DNA of 61,526 bases, the filler included, from Pirum gemmata (lineage: Eukaryota): the NCBI GenBank assembly GCA_002812295.1. It is 20 parts of 20 records of this genome, joined end to end, with 100 filler letters (N's around TTAATTAATTAA, not from the genome) between each part and the next. Parts side by side here need not be neighbours in the genome. Positions count along the whole stretch, not along the records: positions 52,322 to 55,074 come from PDIN01004581.1; positions 55,175 to 57,942 come from PDIN01004583.1; positions 58,043 to 61,526 come from PDIN01004584.1; 17 more parts are not named here. One strand, written 5' to 3'. The notes below the pieces were generated by a model. It was given only the letters and a program-made list of their open reading frames with translations, ran no database searches and had not been told where the DNA came from. The translations under genes were made by a program, and so were the position numbers. This document shows, piece after piece, positions 53,634 to 61,526 of the stretch (positions are counted from its first letter, which is position 1; the number at the start of each line of letters is the position of its first letter).

Positions 53634-53707
53634 GTTTATACTACTAAGTATACTATTACGAGTACTACTACTATGTCATATTTTTACCTAACCCTAATCC
53701 TAACTAG

Positions 53708-54504
53708 GATCTACTGACATATTAAACTTCACAGTAAACACTATGTCAAGAACCGAACGGGAACAAATGACATCAGCCCAACTTGTTTTAAAAGAAACGA
53801 AATTTGAAAAATACAAATTACCAGTTCTTGTACACAACGAACAAACTAACAACAACAACTGCACAATCAACATATCAAGACAATCTTTTCATACCATTTC
53901 TAATCAACCTTTCAATATTCAAGGTATAGGTTATTTTAATTTAACACCATTATCAACTTCAACAACATCAACAACATCAACATCATCATCATTAACATCA
54001 TGTTACACTCAGTCAGTTGGTTGCCCTTTTGGTCACGAGCCAGTACCTAAATACTTCGATAATAATGGCTTTATTACTTCGTCACGTTGTTTAAGACCTG
54101 CAAAGAATTGTAATAATTATAACGATAAACTAACAGCATCATTATCGTTTGGTATTGGTTTTCCTTGTAGTGTTAATGGTTGTGAAACTGGTTATACCTT
54201 TGTTAATGCCAGTACTGATAATGAGTTAGTTGAAGGTAGATGTTTGAAAGGGGTTGATAATTGTGTTAAGATTAATAGCAGTGTTCATGCACTAGTTCAT
54301 AATGAAAGTGATGGTAATTATTATTATAAAGCAGGTTGTGAGGTTGATGGTTGTGAGGATGGGTTTTCATTTGAAAAATATAAGAATACATGTGAAAGAA
54401 GTATTATTAATAATAATTCTACTAGTAATAATAATCAAATAAGTAAATTAAGTAGTTTTTTACTTCATAATGTTGTTTTGTTGTTAGTTTATTGTTTGTG
54501 CTAA
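53708..54504 (+). CDS. Last exon of a Cys-rich, probably GPI-anchored surface protein
   Basis: Acceptor at 53706-53707 in frame with the 253-aa ORF; repeated NC..C.V.GCE.G(Y/F).F modules, Ser/Thr stretch, hydrophobic C-terminus. Confidence 0.7.
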
Positions 54505-55563
54505 TATATGCTATTCTAATATTAATTAAGATCAATGCTTATATTATATAGGTATATTAATTGTATTGTTAAACGTTATGAAACTGTTTTAATTAGGTTA
54601 TTAATGTTATTATTAGTAGGTTAGCGGAAAGTAGATCTAGATGTTTGAAAGCAAATGAAGCATTGGGCGACGACCCAGGCCGGCCCCATTTTGCGCAAAA
54701 AAAAACCCAGAACATTAATTTTTTTTTGAGGTGTCGAACCCACTTTTTTTGTATCGAACATATGTAAAATTAAGAAATTACATAATCAATTTGTATAATA
54801 CCAAACAATAAAATCATACACTTTTAAACTTAATCCAATCATAGCTAAAATAAATAAGCTCGACATAAAATAATAGTTTCGAGAATAAATGTATATCCAA
54901 TCGACCAATCCTATTGCCACGCGGTCATCCTATTGAGATTTCACCACAATACACCCCCATTCACTAAACTATTCATTTTACCTTACCAACCTTTTAACTT
55001 ATTTCACAGTATTATGCTATTGACACGCTCAATTATTATGCTCAATTATAACCTTTCTCTCAGTTCACAGTCATNNNNNNNNNNNNNNNNNNNNNNNNNN
55101 NNNNNNNNNNNNNNNNNNTTAATTAATTAANNNNNNNNNNNNNNNNNNNNNNNNNNNNNNNNNNNNNNNNNNNNTAATAATAATAATATAGTCATCATCA
55201 TGATTATATTCATGATCATGTTCATCATTATTTCATCATCATTTCATCATTATCATCATTAGCTTCATTATCATCATTATCATCATTATCATCATTATCA
55301 CCATTATCACCATTATCATCATTATCAGCATTTTTGTTATTGCTGTTACTGTTCCTATAACGGCAACGTAATCATTGTAATTTACGATTACGATTACGAT
55401 TACGGTTACGATTACGATTGCGATTATGATTACGATTACGATTACCAACTATTACTATTACCATTATCATTAATCGTTATCCTTTAACCATTACCATTAC
55501 CATTACCATTACCATTACCATCATCATTACCATTATTATAATCATCACCATTACCACCACCAC

Positions 55564-56030
55564 TAGCATTAGCATTAGTATTAGCATTAGCATTAGCATT
55601 GGCATTAGCATTATCATTAGCATTAGCATTAGCATTAGCATTAGCATTAGCATTAGCATTAGCATTAGCATTAGCATTAGCATTAGCATTAGCATTAGCA
55701 TTAGCANATCCTTTAACCATTACCATTACCATTACCATTACCATTACCATCATCATTACCATTATTATAATCATCACCATTACCACCACCACTAGCATTA
55801 GCATTAGTATTAGCATTAGCATTAGCATTGGCATTAGCATTATCATTAGCATTAGCATTAGCATTAGCATTAGCATTAGCATTAGCATTAGCATTAGCAT
55901 TAGCATTAGCATTAGCATTAGCATTAGCATTAGAATTAGCATTAGCATTAGCATTAGCATTAGCACTAGCATTAGCACTAGCATTAGCACTAGCATTAGC
56001 ATTAGCATTAGCATTAGCATTAGCATTAGC
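55564..56030. repeat. (CATTAG)n microsatellite within an intron
   Basis: Direct reading; partly duplicated across the single N at 55707. Confidence 0.9.
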
Positions 56031-56118
56031 ATTATCACTACCATTACCATTGCCATTACCATTACCATTACTATTACCATTTCTAGAGCTATAACTACAA
56101 TTATAGTACTATTGTTAC

Positions 56119-56938
56119 CTTGTTCCATTACAAAACTTTTATGTTTTTGACGAAATTTTTCCAGTTGTTCAAAATCACCCACGTGATCTAATAAGGTAAC
56201 ATATTGAAATAATCTAGGAGGAAGTTCGTTCTTGTTCAGATCAGCTTCAACTAGGCCTTTTAAAGTAGGTAAAATTTCAAGTGCCTGGTTTATATATAAT
56301 AAAGCGTCTTAAGAAACCAAAACTATCAATGCTTATCATATATTTTACAAGTTATTGTTCCTAGCTTGATGTAATTGATTGTGGTTATGGAAGGTTGTCG
56401 TGGTTGTTGTAGATGTTGTAGTTGCTGTGGTTGTGGTGGTTGTGGTGGTTCTTGTAGTTGCTGTGGTTGTTGCGGTTGTTGTAGTTGTTGTAGTTGTTGT
56501 AGTTTCTGTGGTTGTTGTAGTTGTTGTGGTTGCTGTGGTTGCTGTGGTTGTCATGGTTGTCGTGGTTGTGGATGGTTGTGGTTGTGGTTGTGGTTGTGGT
56601 TGTGATGGGTGTTTTGCGGTTGCTGTTTAGGTTGTTGCGGTCTTTGTGTTCTTTGAGTTCGTTGTGGTTATTGTGGTTATTGTGGTTATTGTGGTTTTTA
56701 AGGTTATTGTGGTTTTTGTAGGGTTTAGGGTTATGGCTGAGGTGTTGATTTGTGAGGCATTGTTTATCTATATCATTTAATGAGAATAATAGATAAGCAA
56801 AACGTAAAAGGAAAAACAAACCTTTTCTTTTGATATTACAGTCTCTCCTGAGCAGTAAAATTTTAAACTTATCAACCCTAAAACAAGTTGAACAAGCTGA
56901 AGAATGTACACTTTCATTAAATCTCCTGCTCTTTTCAT
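56119..56938 (-). CDS. First two exons of a probable secreted protein (56938-56822, 56284-56119)
   Basis: MKRAGDLMKVYILQLVQLVLGLISLKFYCSG (signal-like), phase-0 splice to ALEILPTLKGLVEADLNKNELPPRLFQY..MEQ, then a GT donor. Confidence 0.6.
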
Positions 56939-58044
56939 TAAATCTATTTCTCTTTATGTTTTTAAACATCAAATGTTTATGAATTCAGTTAAAAGAAAAC
57001 GTACGATTCCCAAGTCTCATAATTAGAACAACTTTTATAGGCTATTCGATTACTTGTATTTATTACACTAATAAATTTGTAATTATTATTAATGTTGCAA
57101 TCCCGTCTTTATTATATTTTTATTATTATACCTTATATATATCGCAATCTCTTCTTTATTATCAATATAATTATGATATTTTTATTATTATAATTATATA
57201 GACTACACAAATCAAACGTTGCATTCTCGTCTACTAGACTAAGTCTAGCTAGCTACTACTAGCTAGCTAGAGCTCTCATCCTCAATATTTGTTTGGTAGG
57301 TTATAACCTTTAAATTGATATTTTTAAATTAATAAATAGATATTTAAATATAGCAAATTAAATTAAATGGATCCATAGTGTATTAATTTGGTACTCTTTA
57401 TTGTATATTTATCTATTGGTCTAACAGACCTGGCTTCTAGCTAGACCTCTACTAAGCTAGCTAGTTAGGGTTAGGGTTAGGGTTAGGGTTTAATAGGGTT
57501 AGGGGTTAGGGTCTGGGGTTAGGGTTAGGTCTACTCAAATCATCAATCAATCCTTATCAATCATCTATCTATCTATTTATAGCTAGACTAGTCTATCGAG
57601 TCTATCGTCTTATTCATTTTTAAAAGGGTCAATTTAAATATTATAACCAACCAAATAAATATTTGGAGTGACAAAATTGATGAAATAGTCTAAATGTTAT
57701 CGCAGAGTCTTGATCGCAGAGTAGTCTATGATCTCATAGTATCATAGACTAGTAGTCTAGCTGTCGAAGATAGTAGTACTGCGACTGAGTACTGCGAGTC
57801 TGTGATAGCTTCATAGACTAGCTAGCTAGCAAGACCCCCCGGTCTAATGCTATCCTAGCTAGCTAGTAATGCTATGCTACAGTAGGGTATGATAGCTAGC
57901 TGGCTTTAGCTAGTAGGGTTAGGGTTAGGGTTAGGGTTAGGGNNNNNNNNNNNNNNNNNNNNNNNNNNNNNNNNNNNNNNNNNNNNTTAATTAATTAANN
58001 NNNNNNNNNNNNNNNNNNNNNNNNNNNNNNNNNNNNNNNNNNTA

Positions 58045-58076
<32 letters not shown>

Positions 58077-58120
58077 GATAATGATTATGAAAATGGTAGT
58101 GATAATACTTTGATAATTAC

Positions 58121-58153
58121 CTTTCGAACAAATTGGCGTGCTGTAGAAAACAT
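58121..58153 (-). CDS. Possible first exon with mitochondrial-presequence-like peptide
   Basis: AAAAATG start, MFSTARQFVRK, then GTAATT donor. Confidence 0.35.
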
Positions 58154-58691
58154 TTTTGCTTTTTATATCGCATATAATAATAATAATTGTAATAATAATA
58201 ATAGGGATAATTGTGGTAATAATGATGATGATGATATTGCTATTGCTATTGCTATTGATCCTGATACGGATACGGATATAAATAATAGTAATGGTAATGG
58301 TAATGGTAATGGTAATTAATGGAGAATGGAGAATGGTAATAGAGAATGGTAATAGAGAATGGTAATGGTAATGGTAATGGTAATGGTAATGGTAATGGTA
58401 ATGGTAATGGTAGTGGTAATGGTATTGGTAATGGTATTGGTAATGGTAATGGTAATGGTAATGGTAATGGTAATGATAATGGTAATGGTAATATGGCAAT
58501 GGTAATGATAATGATAATGGTAATGATAATAAAAATGAAAATAAAAAAAGGATAATGACAATGATAATAATAATGACAATAATAATGATATATGATAAAT
58601 AATAAATAATAAATAATAGAGAATCAATAATAATAACTGATAATAATAATAATAATAATATAGGCGAAAGCAACCAAGTTTTAAAAAAAAA

Positions 58692-58761
<70 letters not shown>

Positions 58762-58922
58762 GAAAACTTAGAAAGAGCTCAGTTCTTCAGTTTTTCTTCG
58801 AGACAGGAAACTTTAAATAAATATTGTGTCATAATATTTATAAAATAAAAACTACGTCATATCTCTAACACTTTTAAAAACGTGCCCAAGGACCTCAAAA
58901 AAATGAAGTCCTTGCTAACTAA

Positions 58923-59085
58923 GGAATCATCCATAATAAAAGACATCGCCTCTTCGTCTAAAACACTTTTGGTCATAATTTGAAAGTTCATTTTAATAAT
59001 TAATTACTGCCTAAAACCGTTTAAGTCACACTTGCGAGAAATGACTTTTATCAAAGAAAAAGCGACGTCCTTTATGAATGTTCCC
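58923..59085. mobile_element. Second Tourist-like MITE family B (TAA TSD)
   Basis: TAA|GGAATCATCCATAA..GACATCGC ... GCGACGTCCTTTATGAATGTTCCC|TAA; second copy at ~24940-25068; related terminus TAA|GGGAGCATTCGTAAA at 61491. Confidence 0.7.
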
Positions 59086-60605
59086 TAAGAACCCTACATG
59101 TAACAACCCTTTATTTATAATTATATTTATAAAATTTATTTAGAATACCTGTACCTAGCTCTAGTAAACCCCATATAAATAAATCTAACTCTAATCTAAC
59201 CGTAATGCGTATTAATAAAAAATATTCTTATGATGTCAGTTAAGCTTATTTCAAACAAAATTCTCCCCTCCAAGATTTTTAGGAATTATTAGAAATTTGC
59301 TGTAGAAATTTGTGACGCATTATAATATTAATTAATAGAAAATAACATATTTTTAAAAAAAATGAGACTAACAATAACAACAACAACAAAACAACAATAA
59401 TAATAATAATAATAATAACAAATAGCAGCAGCAAGAACAACAAGAACAACATATTTACAACAACACATTACAAATAACTCTTTTGGAATTGTTTGGTGGA
59501 TTTTTGCAACAAGTTGCGCAGCTACAGATTACAGTATTAATATCTACTGAGTGAATTCTACTATAGCTAGAGATATTGTCCCCAAACTAACCCTAACCCT
59601 AACCCTAACCCTAACCCTTTCCTTCCTCTACTGTATTAGCTATCATAGTTATATTATACCCCAAGAAAAAGTTTCATGGAGTCTTTGGTTATATATATAA
59701 CTATAGCTAGTATTATAGAAGATCTTATTCTAAAGAATAATACACTTAGTTAGAATACACCATCATCTATCTCAATTTTTAATTTGGTATTAATACTGTT
59801 TAAGTTTATAATTGAACTTGTTTATAAAATACCAAAATAATTAAAACAGGTCTGATAGTTTAACCATGGTATTTTTTATTTCAGTTTTGAACTGAACAAC
59901 ACTATTGAAAAACAATGAGACCTACACCCCTAGTTCTCATAGACAAACACGATAGAATAAATAATTATTACTATAATACTTAGTATCGATACTAAGTAGT
60001 AGAGTAGTCTAAACTAAAGATAAGTAAAGTAACAGTTACAACTCTTCATTCCAGTTTTAAACGTCACATTCTCAAAATTGCGTCATTTCCAAGACTCTCT
60101 ACTACTAGCTAGCTAGTTAGCTAGATCATATCTACTAGCTAGCTAGCTAGCTAGGACTATCATAAGAAAAAAAAAAAAAGTTTGTAGAATTTTATCAGAC
60201 TCAAAGACCCCTCTAGCTAGCTAGAGCTAGTAGCTATTTGTTGTTTTGTCATCATAAAATATGCAATAAAGAATACCAAATTAATACAATATAAATCCAT
60301 TTTATTTAATTTGGTATATTTTATAATCTAATTATGAATTTAAAAATACCAATTTAAATATTATAACCAACCAAATAAATATTCTGAGTGACAAAATGAT
60401 AGCTAGCTAGCTAGTCCTAGCTACTAGCTAGAGTACTTAATTAATACTTATTAGAGAGCGTTCAAATAATACGTCACGTCAAAGGGTAGGTAGGTAGGTG
60501 ATATTTGACCGGAAATTAACGTCAGGGGGGTGGATAGGTAGGGGTATTTTAAGCTGTACTTGACTGGACGTAGTATTTGAAATTTTGAACGCTTCCTAGC
60601 TGCTA

Positions 60606-60861
60606 GTGTCTATTCGTCAGCACGTCATTTTGAAATGACAGCGTCATTTTAAAATGACGTTTTATCTCAAATCCAACGTGGTCGTATTTTAACACTTTTA
60701 ATTACGCAAATGAGACGAAAAGTATATCAAATGAAAGGAAATTACGTCAATATTATGCAGTGAGGTGATCGTGTCATTCATTCTCATTTCCCGAAAAGTT
60801 TGTCAAAGTAAAACTTCTTTTTGTCATTTCGAAATGACAGCGCTTGCTGACGAATAGAGAC
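60606..60861. mobile_element. TA-flanked TIR element family G (Tc1/mariner-type MITE candidate)
   Basis: TA|GTGTCTATTCGTCAGCA...TGCTGACGAATAGAGAC|TA with sub-terminal GTCATTT.GAAATGACAGCG motifs; embedded in (TAGC)n. Confidence 0.8.
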
Positions 60862-61152
60862 TAGCTAGCTAGTAGNATACTCAAAAAAAAAACACACCCT
60901 CCTTAAAATTAGGGTGATGAATAAAACTGATTATAATAAAATAATTGACATCTTATAATAATAAATGAAGAAAAGAAGAAGCAGAAAAAACTCTATACAC
61001 ATTTTAAAAGCCAAAACTTGCCGTAAAAGTAAAAAAAAAAAGAAACTTTTTCCTAAATCTATATTATTAAACGGAAAGTCTTCTCGTAGAAAACAACGTA
61101 AAAGATATTTATCACAATGTTATAATAATAATAATCACAATCATAATCATAC

Positions 61153-61286
61153 CTGATCGAAAGCTGGGAATATATAATCAGCAAATTGTATTTCAGCAAT
61201 GGCAGTAGAGCCTGCAGCAGCCAGCCCAATACCAAAACCAACTATACCTTGTTCGCATAATGGGGTATTAAATACACGTTCTTTTC
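61153..61286 (-). CDS. BCKDHB: Internal exon of branched-chain 2-oxoacid dehydrogenase E1 beta subunit
   Basis: AG/GT-flanked 134-bp exon encoding [44 protein letters not shown]; missed by the ORF track. Confidence 0.95.
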
Positions 61287-61526
61287 CTATATATATAACA
61301 AGAATGCAATTAATACCATAATTATTAAATTCTCAATTGATATTTGAAATATGATAATTAATTTGGATAAAATGTAAATTGATAAATTTAAAAATATTGT
61401 TAATACATTGTAGATTTACTATAGACAGTACCATGTTAAAACTCTATATTAAATAGTGCTGAAAAGGGAAAAAGGAAAGATCAAAGATAAGGGAGCATTC
61501 GTAAATGACTTTACTCGTTTAGTGGA

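Noticed and set aside
55479..55935. ~230-bp direct duplication
   Set aside because: Copies meet at a single N (55707), as does the 20-bp duplication at 8452; typical of unmerged contig overlaps.
1..61526. Gene-sized nanochromosomes capped by telomeres
   Set aside because: Arrays are often internal or in the wrong orientation at contig ends (e.g. TTAGGG at left ends 11910, 20573, 23459, 52322), and genes are cut mid-intron.

Overview
AT-rich, microsatellite-dense eukaryotic nuclear DNA with GT-AG introns and the standard genetic code. Gene content (EGF-TM protein, DEP, somatomedin-B-like exon, a BCKDHB exon with human-like boundaries) suggests an opisthokont or holozoan protist, but this is inference. 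The window is not contiguous: about 20 unrelated ~2.75-2.82 kb contigs are joined by an artificial 100-bp N44-TTAATTAATTAA-N44 linker, so gene neighbourhood across linkers is meaningless. Genes or fragments include a secreted Pro/repeat protein, a stand-alone DEP protein, an intronless V8/glutamyl-endopeptidase-like protease, a spliced homolog with all three catalytic residues replaced, a CS-domain protein, a PqiA-like membrane protein, an EGF/Cys-rich type I membrane protein, and GEP4-like and BCKDHB exons. Non-coding DNA holds degenerate Ty1/copia pieces, at least six MITE or interspersed repeat families, long palindromes and over 20 interstitial (TTAGGG)n arrays. The most notable signals are: (i) short TA-[GTC/GAC/GC/C]-TA insertions inside repeat copies that match the termini of a TA-flanked MITE and may explain the ubiquitous (TAGC)n tracts as stacked excision footprints; (ii) Tourist-like MITEs whose TSD plus terminus spells TTAGGG; (iii) telomere repeats inside a retroelement, inside a fold-back element and at intron branch-point positions.
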